The translations under genes were made by a program, and so were the position numbers. 24,000 nt of DNA from Promethearchaeota archaeon (lineage in GTDB: Archaea > Asgardarchaeota > Lokiarchaeia > Sigyniarchaeales > SOKP01), in the NCBI GenBank assembly GCA_029838195.1, contig JALGVJ010000003.1, positions 65,623-89,622 of the forward strand, written 5' to 3'. The notes beneath the pieces were generated by a model. That model worked only from the letters and a program-made list of their open reading frames with translations, made no database searches and had not been told where the DNA came from. The first letter of the stretch is position 1. Every line of letters starts with the position of its first letter. Shown one piece after another: positions 15,594 to 23,730 of this stretch.

Positions 15594-16136
15594 GTGTTCA
15601 ACAAGCGATTGGCTCGGCAAGCAAAAAAACTCGAAATGAGCGCAAAACTTGCAAGAGATAAAGCCGTCCGATTACGGCGAGAAGGAGATCTAGAAGGCTC
15701 TAAATTCCATGCCCGTAATTACCTGCAAGTCAAAAAACAGGCCAGAGCCATTGAAGTATTTAGAACTAACCTCGAAGGACTTCAATTCAAGCTAGAACAA
15801 GCAAACGCCATTAGTGATGTCTCCCAAATCATGGGGGGTATCGCCCAATCCTTAGCTCGATTAAAAGCAAGCTTATCTCTCCCTCAACTCACGGAAATCA
15901 TGAAAAATGTCCAGGTGGACATGGAAGATTTTGCGATCACTACTGATATCGCTAGTGAAGGCATGGACGAGATTACTTTGGACACGGCAGTTACGGATAG
16001 TGATGTGGACGAGGTTTTGGGTGAAATTGATGCGGAAATCGGCGTGGAAATGGGAACTGCCCTTCCAACAGTAAAAGGCGATGAAAAGATAGCTGATTTG
16101 GAAAAAGAATTAAACCGCTTGAAGTCAAGAGATTAG
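15594..16136 (+). CDS. ESCRT-III (Snf7 family), Vps2/CHMP2-like, with a C-terminal MIM1-like helix; the true start is probably further upstream (see finding)
   Basis: Basic N-terminal helical hairpin (KRLARQAKKLEMSAKLARDKAVRLRREGDLEGSKFHARNYLQVKKQ), an acidic C-terminal half, and the terminal IADLEKELNRLKSRD, resembling the CHMP2A terminus DADLEERLKNLRRD. Coordinates use the GTG start from the ORF track. The frame is open back to 15504. Confidence 0.85.
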   Translation: MFNKRLARQAKKLEMSAKLARDKAVRLRREGDLEGSKFHARNYLQVKKQARAIEVFRTNLEGLQFKLEQANAISDVSQIMGGIAQSLARLKASLSLPQLTEIMKNVQVDMEDFAITTDIASEGMDEITLDTAVTDSDVDEVLGEIDAEIGVEMGTALPTVKGDEKIADLEKELNRLKSRD

Positions 16137-16271
16137 AAACTTATTATGTTTTTGCTTACAATAAAGATACCATGCGCAACTGGGTTAAAGACCAGAATTT
16201 TTTTAAATTAATTATTATTTGTTTTAATGCCCCGTATTCACTCATTTAATAGATAAATTGGAGAAAAAGGC

Positions 16272-17285
16272 ATGACATTCGAGGTTGTCGCCATAGGAAG
16301 CTGCACGCTTGATTGCATCATTAAAGTGAGCGATATCTTGCGCTTTGAATTATTCGAGAAAAATATCACCAAAAAATACACGGCAATAGAATATAGCCAA
16401 AAACTTAACTTGGAAAAAATTACTTTCATACCGGGAGGGTCGGGCGCAAATATCGCTTGTAATTGTGCCATGCTCGGATTAAAAAGTGCATATATCGGCG
16501 TGCTTGGTAAGGATTTTTCCGCTCAAATCTGCCTTGAAGACATGAAAAAAAGAAGGGTCGATCTCTCACAAGTCAAACAAGTAGAGAATGAAAAAACTGC
16601 TTTTTCTGTCATTTTAAAATCAGAATGGGGGAAAGATCGCAGCATTTTAGCCTATAAAGGGGCAAATAATTTACTCCAACCCTCCGATATCAAGGACGAA
16701 TTGTTTGCCGATATAAAAGCTTTTGCCTGGACCTCTCTCACGTCAGAAAATGGGTGTAAAGCAATTGATAAAGCCATCTCTCTTACTAAAAAATATGGTA
16801 GCAAAGTCTATGCGGCTCCCAGCATATCCATCATTAAAAATAATCCAAAATGGGCCCGCACGCTAATTTCTAAATCCGATGTAGTATCATTTAATCTAGA
16901 AGAAGCCCGTGAATTTACCGGGGAAAAAGAATATCATGATATTATAAATCACGTGTTAAACCTGGGATCTCAATTAGTTTCAATTACCGATGGTTCGAAT
17001 GGATCTTATCTTTCCAATGGAGAGGAAACCATCCGAAGCGGCGTGTATGAAGTGGAAGTGCAAGATACCACAGGAGCGGGGGATGCTTTTATGAGCGGCA
17101 TCATTATCTCCACGCTAAATGGCTACCCCCTTAAAAAAATAGCTCAATTTGCCTCTGCAATGTCGGCTATGGAATGCCAAGAATTAGGTGTGAGAGAAGG
17201 AATTCCAAGCACCTTCGAGGAGTTAAAAAAATTCACGGAAACCCATGAATTAAAACAATACTCCCATCTAATCCATGAAGAATAG
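16272..17285 (+). CDS. PfkB/ribokinase-family carbohydrate or nucleoside kinase
   Basis: 337-aa ORF with N-terminal GGSGANIACNCAMLGL and the C-terminal PfkB signature DTTGAGDAFMSGII. GGAG lies 8 nt upstream of the ATG. Confidence 0.85.
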   Translation: MTFEVVAIGSCTLDCIIKVSDILRFELFEKNITKKYTAIEYSQKLNLEKITFIPGGSGANIACNCAMLGLKSAYIGVLGKDFSAQICLEDMKKRRVDLSQVKQVENEKTAFSVILKSEWGKDRSILAYKGANNLLQPSDIKDELFADIKAFAWTSLTSENGCKAIDKAISLTKKYGSKVYAAPSISIIKNNPKWARTLISKSDVVSFNLEEAREFTGEKEYHDIINHVLNLGSQLVSITDGSNGSYLSNGEETIRSGVYEVEVQDTTGAGDAFMSGIIISTLNGYPLKKIAQFASAMSAMECQELGVREGIPSTFEELKKFTETHELKQYSHLIHEE

Positions 17286-17487
17286 TTTTCATGAAAAATC
17301 ATTCTCACCTTTTCATCAAGTTTTACCATTAATAAGTACTCATGAAAAACTCTTCCTTAAATTATAATTCCATTTTATTATACACCTTATTTGAAATGGG
17401 TTCTATTTTTCTCGCTATTCTTCTCGCCTTCCAAGAGGATAAATTTTATCTTTTTTCCTTCGTTTAATGATCATGTTGTAAAAAAAT

Positions 17488-17620
17488 GCGCTCTTAGTAT
17501 AGTGATTAGCGAGCTCCTCGCTGATCATGGAATGGTTAGTATGCCAGGTTGCCAACCTGGCGACCCGGGTTCAATTCCGGAGGCTTTTTTCAAACATCGG
17601 TGAAAACCCCGGAGGGCGCA
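17488..17620 (+). tRNA. tRNA-Gly(GCC) interrupted by two non-canonical introns (17503-17532 in the D-loop, 17576-17606 in the T-loop)
   Basis: The acceptor GCGCTCT (17488-94) pairs with AGGGCGC (17613-19), with discriminator A at 17620. The anticodon arm is CCAGG-TTGCCAA-CCTGG (anticodon 17551-53). The spliced D-arm is GTAT-AGTGGTTA-GTAT and the spliced T-arm is CCGGG-TTCAATC-CCCGG. The mature length is 72 nt with a 4-nt variable loop, as is common in tRNA-Gly. Folded by hand; a junction ambiguity of 1 nt is possible. Confidence 0.8.
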
Positions 17621-17627
17621 TTTTTTT
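17621..17627 (+). terminator. oligo-T tract immediately after tRNA-Gly (archaeal-type terminator candidate)
   Basis: TTTTTTT directly follows the discriminator base, and a second T5 run lies 2 nt later. Confidence 0.4.
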
Positions 17628-17804
17628 CGTTTTTCTTACTAATTTTTCCTGAACTTCCCAAAGTAAAGGAAGGTTCCCTTATGAAGGTATTTTTAATCTT
17701 TAGAGCTCATTTATTCAAATGATTGGGAAAAGAGCGTAAAATTCAGGCGCAAATAACATGTAAATCTGATAAAGAGAAAAAAATAATAAGAATAGGCCTG
17801 CCCA

Positions 17805-18653
17805 TTAGAGAAAGCCAAGGAAATTTGACACTCTCGATTTTTTAGGAATTTCTTTTTCAAAATAATTTTCAATTATATCGAGTAAAAATTCTAAAAAGGA
17901 GACCGAAATCTTTTCTTTGAAAGTTGCGTTCAAGTAATCGATCATCTTCTTCGAATTGAGAGTATCTTTATTCTTGGTGTTGTCAATGAAATCGATCAAG
18001 CTTTTAGTAAGTTCATGGATTTTCTTGATTTCATTTTTAAGGATGATGAGACACGTGTCCGGATCGGTTTCTTCATAGAATTTTTGAACCATTCGACGTT
18101 CCATGCTCCATTTATTTGTATCAATTAACTCTCCCTTATCATTAAAAACATCCTTTCCTTTCAAGATATATCTTCCCTTGAATTCATCTTTTTTTTGCCG
18201 ATAGTCGTTCTCGCTAACATAGGTAAAATTGAATTCGAAATTATCTTCCGTTATAAACTCATGAAACGCTTGGAGATGTTTTTTAATGAATAAGTCCTCT
18301 AAAACAATCACTAGATTTTTTTTCATGAAGATCATGCGGATCAAAGGTAAAAGGAAGGAAGGAGTCATGTTCATTTTAATGAGATCCACGTCCAACTGAT
18401 CTTTCGGTGGAATTTTGCGCTTGACCTCTTCAGCAATAGGCTCGATTGAAGGAAGTTCAATTTGAAAGTCAGCAATAAAATAATCCCGTACCTGCATGTT
18501 TTTATCAATATAAGCAACGAATGAATGCTCGCACACGATCCCTTTAGCTATATTAACAGCGAGCAAACCCCGGGATACGTTTTTAAGACTTTCTTCCGAT
18601 ACGTCAATTTTCCCTTGCTTTGAACAAGAAGGACAACGAATTTGTACGCGCAT
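17805..18653 (-). CDS. hypothetical protein with an N-terminal zinc ribbon (CPSC...CEH) and an uncharacterised alpha/beta + helical C-terminal region
   Basis: 282-aa ORF with no competing long ORF. It starts MRVQIRCPSCSKQGKIDV...GIVCEHSF. No family confidently recognised. Confidence 0.6.
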   Translation of the reverse strand: MRVQIRCPSCSKQGKIDVSEESLKNVSRGLLAVNIAKGIVCEHSFVAYIDKNMQVRDYFIADFQIELPSIEPIAEEVKRKIPPKDQLDVDLIKMNMTPSFLLPLIRMIFMKKNLVIVLEDLFIKKHLQAFHEFITEDNFEFNFTYVSENDYRQKKDEFKGRYILKGKDVFNDKGELIDTNKWSMERRMVQKFYEETDPDTCLIILKNEIKKIHELTKSLIDFIDNTKNKDTLNSKKMIDYLNATFKEKISVSFLEFLLDIIENYFEKEIPKKSRVSNFLGFL

Positions 18654-18814
18654 TTTTAATAATCTCTACTAACTATTCTCAATTGTTATGCAATATAATT
18701 AAATAATTAAAAATCATTTTAATATTTAAATCTACACGATTTAATGAAATCTTTTTGGTTCAAATATAAACATGCTCAAATACCTTACCATCTCGTAGGA
18801 AAAGTTTCTCTGCC

Positions 18815-19303
18815 TCACACTCTTTTCACCTTGGCATATGATTTTTCCAATAAATTCGCAAGAAGCAAGCATGTAATAGCCGAAAGATTCTCTGCAATCA
18901 CGAATGAAAAGACATTATCTAAAAAAAGAATACAAATGGCATGCGTTATGAAAAAAGTAGGCAAGAATATAGAAAGAAGTACCAACAAGGGACGGGTAAT
19001 GGGATAAAATAAAAGTTTCATGGCAAAAGTCCCGGATCTCCTCTCCGTGCGGTATCGGTCTTTTAATTTCTTTCTTCTTTCCACCTGTGCAAAACTTTCA
19101 AAAATAATCAAGGAAGAATAAAAGAGAGCGACGGATACTCCAATCGGTACTAAAATAACCACGAGATAATTCCCTATGCTCAAAAAATATTGGGCAATGA
19201 AGATAATGAATACTTGAATGAGTCCACAGAGCCCCAATAACATCAATGCAATTCCCAAGTATTCTCTTGACTCCTTGGATGTCCAAGGTATTCGGATGGG
19301 CAT
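18815..19303 (-). CDS. hypothetical 4-TM membrane protein
   Basis: 162-aa ORF with four hydrophobic segments and a strongly basic loop (VERRKKLKDRYRTERRSG) between TM2 and TM3. Same strand as the zinc-ribbon gene and upstream of it. Confidence 0.5.
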   Translation of the reverse strand: MPIRIPWTSKESREYLGIALMLLGLCGLIQVFIIFIAQYFLSIGNYLVVILVPIGVSVALFYSSLIIFESFAQVERRKKLKDRYRTERRSGTFAMKLLFYPITRPLLVLLSIFLPTFFITHAICILFLDNVFSFVIAENLSAITCLLLANLLEKSYAKVKRV

Positions 19304-19338
19304 GATTACTTGTTCGAATTTTTTTTAATTTTGAGAAA

Positions 19339-19454
19339 TGGGCCGAGGGAGATTCGAACTCCCGACCTTCCGCATTTTGAGCCGCCTCAACGGATTAGAG
19401 CCAAGATCTTCCGACACGTCAAGCGGACGTCATACCAAACTAGACCATCGGCCC
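19339..19454 (-). tRNA. tRNA-Val(GAC) with a canonical 37/38 intron of 42 nt (19375-19416)
   Basis: The reverse complement reads GGGCCGA TG GTCT AGTTTGGTA TGAC G TCCGC TTGACG[intron]T GCGGA AGGTC GGGAG TTCGAAT CTCCC TCGGCCC A. Full bulge-helix-bulge: the central helix TTGA/TCAA is flanked by the 3-nt bulges CGT and AAT, and the distal helix is GTCG/CGGC. Confidence 0.88.
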
Positions 19455-19608
19455 TTTTAAAATCCAATGAAATTCTTAGGGCGCTAGTATGTAATGAATA
19501 TCTTGAAAAGATAAATATTTTATGATTAAAAAATCATTCAACTCTTAACTTAAGAGGTCATTACATTAATTTAAAGAAAAAAATAAAATTATTTAATGGT
19601 AGATTGAT

Positions 19609-20826
19609 TTAGGGTCGTTTTTCTCTTAATGCTTTTACGAGCGGCACTTCATTTCCCGAGAGGATTTCTAGCATTGCACCTCCTCCCGTAGAGATGAAAG
19701 AAACTTTATCGGCATCGCCTGACATTTCTGCAGCGGTACCCATTTCGCCACCTCCTATTACCGTGAGAGCTCCTTTTTCTTGAGTGGCCCTTGCCATGAC
19801 TTTTGCCATTTTAAACGTGCCTTCTCTGAACACCTCTTTTTCAAAGATGCCGGGGGGGCCATTAGCGATAATGGTTTTGGAATTCATGATGTATTCTTCG
19901 AAAGTTTTTATAGTTTCAGGGCCGATATCGCCGGTAACAGCGTTATATTTTTCGAGCTCATCAAGTCCAATTACTTTTCTATTTCCATTTTCTTCAATGA
20001 CTAAATCTTTGGGTAATATGATTTTATCCTTGAATTTTTCGTAGGTGGCTTTAATATCGTCGCGAGCTTTTTCCAAATCTTTAGCAATTGATTTTCTATT
20101 GGGTTCTCCTGTTTTGATTCCAATGGCTTCCATGATTAAAATGGCCGTGAGGCCAGAGCATAAGGCGTGGTCTAATTTTCCGTTTTCGAAATTATATTTC
20201 ATGGCCTTATACTTGTCGATGGCTTTTGCTCCTCCAATGAGCATGGTCATGGGACGTTCAGGATTTTCTAAAATTTTGGACATGACTTCAAATTCTTTTA
20301 TTATGGTGGGTCCAGCCAGCATTTTTGGCCATCCAATAATGGAAGGTTGCGCTCGATGGGCGGCACCAAAAGCATCCGCAATGATATAATCAAAAAGAGG
20401 GGCTAATGTTTGTATCATTTCCGTTTTTTCTGCTTCTGAGAAATCTTTAAATGATTTATTTTCCGTTTCCCATTTACGGACGTTATCGAGAACTAATACT
20501 TCTCCCACTTTTAATTCTTTAATGGCATTAACGGCTTTTTCTCCGAAAATATCATCCACGTATTTGACGGGGCGATCAAGTAATTTTCTTATTTCTTCGG
20601 CGTGGAGTTCGAATGAGGTAAAATCTTTTTTGCCTGGTCTTGATTGATGTCCCATGACAACGACCGCGCAATCTTTTAGTTCATTTAAAGCGGGAATTAA
20701 GGCATGAATGCGGGGAGATTCTCTTATCCTATTATTCTCGACATCGATATTTGAATTTATATCGGGACGAATCAATACTTTTTTTCCTTTTAAATCGACA
20801 TCTTTATAAGACGTATATTCAAACAT
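19609..20826 (-). CDS. pgk: phosphoglycerate kinase
   Basis: Archaeal PGK pattern: VLIRPDINS, MGHQSRPG, LIGGAKAIDK and ISTGGGAMLE. The ORF track starts at the GTG at 20838, but the ATG at 20826 is preceded by GAGGAAAATC (SD-like) and gives MFEYTSYKDV. Confidence 0.9.
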   Translation of the reverse strand: MFEYTSYKDVDLKGKKVLIRPDINSNIDVENNRIRESPRIHALIPALNELKDCAVVVMGHQSRPGKKDFTSFELHAEEIRKLLDRPVKYVDDIFGEKAVNAIKELKVGEVLVLDNVRKWETENKSFKDFSEAEKTEMIQTLAPLFDYIIADAFGAAHRAQPSIIGWPKMLAGPTIIKEFEVMSKILENPERPMTMLIGGAKAIDKYKAMKYNFENGKLDHALCSGLTAILIMEAIGIKTGEPNRKSIAKDLEKARDDIKATYEKFKDKIILPKDLVIEENGNRKVIGLDELEKYNAVTGDIGPETIKTFEEYIMNSKTIIANGPPGIFEKEVFREGTFKMAKVMARATQEKGALTVIGGGEMGTAAEMSGDADKVSFISTGGGAMLEILSGNEVPLVKALREKRP

Positions 20827-21081
20827 GATTTTCCTCACGTTAATTTATGATTATTGATTCTAATTTAATTAGATTCAAATTAAAAGAATTTAGACTTCTT
20901 ATTATTTTTTTTTAAAAGTGATTTTTTCATGGGATTGCTGTCCCTTTTGCATTTCTCTCGCTTTAATCTCTTGAATTGGGTAAATTCTTAAAATAATGGT
21001 GAATTCCTTGTTATATTACAAAAAGAATTAATAAAGATTATAATTTTAAATTCATGAAACCATGGAGCGGTTATTTTAAAA

Positions 21082-23727
21082 ATGAAAACCATGATCATAT
21101 CCAATCTTACTCATGTCGAACAATCTCTCGGTCATGAGTTAGTATTACTTCCTAGGCCAAAAAGAATGGAGTATTCAAGAGATAATAAAAACAATTTTCT
21201 CCTCACGGCGAATTCTTTCTTTCATGATCTTAATTTGGAGAATCCAGGACTCTTTTTAAACGAATTAAATGATTTTTTAATGGAAATGAAAGAATTTAAG
21301 ATAAATGCAGCTAAATTACCGGAGGAACTAAATACTCGTATTGAGGGAATAAAAGAGTCTGAATTTTTAGATCCCCACGATGAAGAGTGCTATAATCTTG
21401 AAGTAAAAAACCACCTGGTACTAATTGAGGGAACCTCCGAAAAAGCGGTATTTCATGGACTTCAAACATTCATTCAAATATTAAAAAATTCAATCATCCA
21501 AACCCACGGTAAAGATGAATTCAGAAGTAATTTCAAGAGAAATGAGATCATCATTCCCCAAATTTCAATTAAAGATGTTCCGGACCTTAAAATACGAGGA
21601 ATAGCACAAGATATTGCCCGAGGACAAGTTTTCACCTTAGAAAATGCCAAGAGATATTTGAAAATTATGAGTCATTATAAAATGAATTTCTATTGTCTCT
21701 ACATGGAAGATATGTTCACTCATCAAAAACATCCTGAAATTGGAAAAAATCGAGGCGCCTTGACTCATGAAGAAATTAAAGAGCTGGATGCTTTTGCCAA
21801 GGAACGATTCATTGAACTCGTCCCCATTTTCGAATGTTTAGGACACGTGGACAATATTTTACAACACGAGACTTATCAAGATTTAGGAGAATTTCCAGGT
21901 GCCCATTCCTTTGATATTTCCAATCCTCGCGTGTTAGATTTTGTAGAGGATTATATCTCTGAAATGAGCAAATGTTTTTCCACAAAATATTTTCATATGG
22001 GCTGTGATGAGAGCTTTGATGTGGGAAAATATCGTTCAAAAGATTTAATAGAAAAAATAGGGAAGAACAAGGCTTTAATAGAGTATTATGAAAAGCTACA
22101 TGCCATTGCGAAAAAGCATGGAAACGAATACGTTATCATGTATGATGATTTTGTTCGAAAAAATGAAGAAATCTTACAAGGATTAAGAAAAGACATTATC
22201 CTCATGTATTGGGATTATTCTCCCAAAAAGAGTTTCCCTGATTTAAAAAAATTATTAGATGCGGGCTATAAAGTTATTGTAAGTCCTTCCATGTTAAATT
22301 GGCAACGACATTTTCCCGACAATAAAAATGCAAGTAAAAATATCATTAATTTCATTAAAAATGCTTTTCGATATCGCAACGAAGGGTGTTTAGGTGTTAT
22401 AAATTCTACTTGGGGGGATATGCGATATTATTCTTTAAGAGAAAATGAAATTTTTGGAGGCATTTTATCAAATTCTATAGCGTGGAACGTGAACGAGTTT
22501 AATTATGATCAATTTATCAAGGATCATGGGTTTCTTTTCCATGGCTTTTTGAAGGAGGATATAGAATTATACCATGAGATGTTCAAGAAACTAAGCAATA
22601 GCGTTCATCTATATTATAGACTTTCCATTTCGTTTCCCCCTCTTTTTTTTACTTATTTTTTCAAGCATCCATTTCCAGTAAAAAAAATTGCGCCCTTATT
22701 CGAGAATTATAAAAAGCTCGGGCAAGTAGCAAGAGAATGTTTGGAAATACAAAAAAAACTTCAACCACGACTCTTATTAGAAAAAAATCATTTTGAATAC
22801 CTTCAATTTAGTGCTAGATTAGCGCTTTTTTTAGAAAAGAAGATAGATCTTTCGGTAAAAACTTCCGAACTGTTGAATGAATTATATATTCAAGAAGAAG
22901 AACTCGATATTTTAATTTTCAATTTAAATAAAATAAAAGAAGAACTCATTCAAATAAGGCACGATTATGAGAGGTTATGGCTGAGAGCAGCTAAACGTCC
23001 ATGCTTGGATAATATCCTAGATCTATTTGATTTTCTAATTAGGACATATGAGGAAAAAGTCACGCAAATCAAGAACGGCATCTATTTTGTAAATCCATAC
23101 TTGGAATCAGAATGGATTTGGACAACGGAAAAACAGCACCCCTTGCATCCTCGGTATTTCCGGAAAAAATTCTCTACGGATAAACCAATTAAAAAAGCCA
23201 TGATTCAATGCATCGCTCATAATTATATGAAAGTTCACGTGAATGGACATTTTATAGGGCAAGTTTTATCAAGATATTCGATGTCTATTTTGCCTATAAT
23301 AAATCGCGTTAAAGTTTTTGATATAACCCCATATCTTAAAAAGGGTGAGAACATTCTTTCCGTAGAAGCGTATAATTTTGATGGATACAAAGGCGCAATA
23401 AACGTGTTTGGCCAAATTCAATTTGAAGATAATGAAGTCATGGAAATCCATTCTGATCCTTCTTGGAAATGTCATACTGGGATTGTTTTAAAGGAAAAAG
23501 ACTGGACTACTTTAAAATTTAATGATGAGCAATGGAAATCCTCCTTCTCTCATGGCCCTCCTCCTAATTTAAATGGCGATATTTTCAAACCAAATCTATT
23601 AAAAGGAGAAAAATCTTTCACTCAAGATTATTTTGGAATTGAAAGCTACCTTTCGAATTTTACAGGAGAAACGGATGAGAGAAAATTAGAAGAAATGATA
23701 AAACAATTCAATCCTTATGGAAATTGA
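21082..23727 (+). CDS. GH20-like glycoside hydrolase (beta-N-acetylhexosaminidase-like TIM barrel) with a long helical middle region and a C-terminal beta-sandwich (rhamnosidase-N / galactose-binding-like) domain
   Basis: 881-aa ORF. IRGIAQDIARGQVFTLENAKRYLKIMSHYKMNFYCLYMEDMF...EEIKELDAFAKERFIELVPIFECLGH...YFHMGCDESFDVG parallels the GH20 blocks RGxxLDxxR...K(L/M)N..H.H..DD...GH...HxGGDE. The C-terminal part reads ...MKVHVNGHFIGQV...FDITPYLKKGENILSVEAYN. No signal peptide. Confidence 0.7.
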   Translation: MKTMIISNLTHVEQSLGHELVLLPRPKRMEYSRDNKNNFLLTANSFFHDLNLENPGLFLNELNDFLMEMKEFKINAAKLPEELNTRIEGIKESEFLDPHDEECYNLEVKNHLVLIEGTSEKAVFHGLQTFIQILKNSIIQTHGKDEFRSNFKRNEIIIPQISIKDVPDLKIRGIAQDIARGQVFTLENAKRYLKIMSHYKMNFYCLYMEDMFTHQKHPEIGKNRGALTHEEIKELDAFAKERFIELVPIFECLGHVDNILQHETYQDLGEFPGAHSFDISNPRVLDFVEDYISEMSKCFSTKYFHMGCDESFDVGKYRSKDLIEKIGKNKALIEYYEKLHAIAKKHGNEYVIMYDDFVRKNEEILQGLRKDIILMYWDYSPKKSFPDLKKLLDAGYKVIVSPSMLNWQRHFPDNKNASKNIINFIKNAFRYRNEGCLGVINSTWGDMRYYSLRENEIFGGILSNSIAWNVNEFNYDQFIKDHGFLFHGFLKEDIELYHEMFKKLSNSVHLYYRLSISFPPLFFTYFFKHPFPVKKIAPLFENYKKLGQVARECLEIQKKLQPRLLLEKNHFEYLQFSARLALFLEKKIDLSVKTSELLNELYIQEEELDILIFNLNKIKEELIQIRHDYERLWLRAAKRPCLDNILDLFDFLIRTYEEKVTQIKNGIYFVNPYLESEWIWTTEKQHPLHPRYFRKKFSTDKPIKKAMIQCIAHNYMKVHVNGHFIGQVLSRYSMSILPIINRVKVFDITPYLKKGENILSVEAYNFDGYKGAINVFGQIQFEDNEVMEIHSDPSWKCHTGIVLKEKDWTTLKFNDEQWKSSFSHGPPPNLNGDIFKPNLLKGEKSFTQDYFGIESYLSNFTGETDERKLEEMIKQFNPYGN

Positions 23728-23730
23728 TCG

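Noticed and set aside
17391-17603. 70-aa ORF overlapping the tRNA-Gly locus
   Set aside because: Its GC-rich 3' half is explained by the tRNA exons and introns, and its upstream part is a T-rich spacer. There is no coding evidence.
19310-19525. 71-aa ORF overlapping tRNA-Val
   Set aside because: The sequence is the reverse complement of a well-folding tRNA-Val(GAC) with its intron. The ORF is fortuitous.
19780-20389. Three plus-strand ORFs (74, 86 and 114 aa) antisense to pgk
   Set aside because: These are shadow ORFs opposite a clearly recognisable phosphoglycerate kinase. They contain no motifs.
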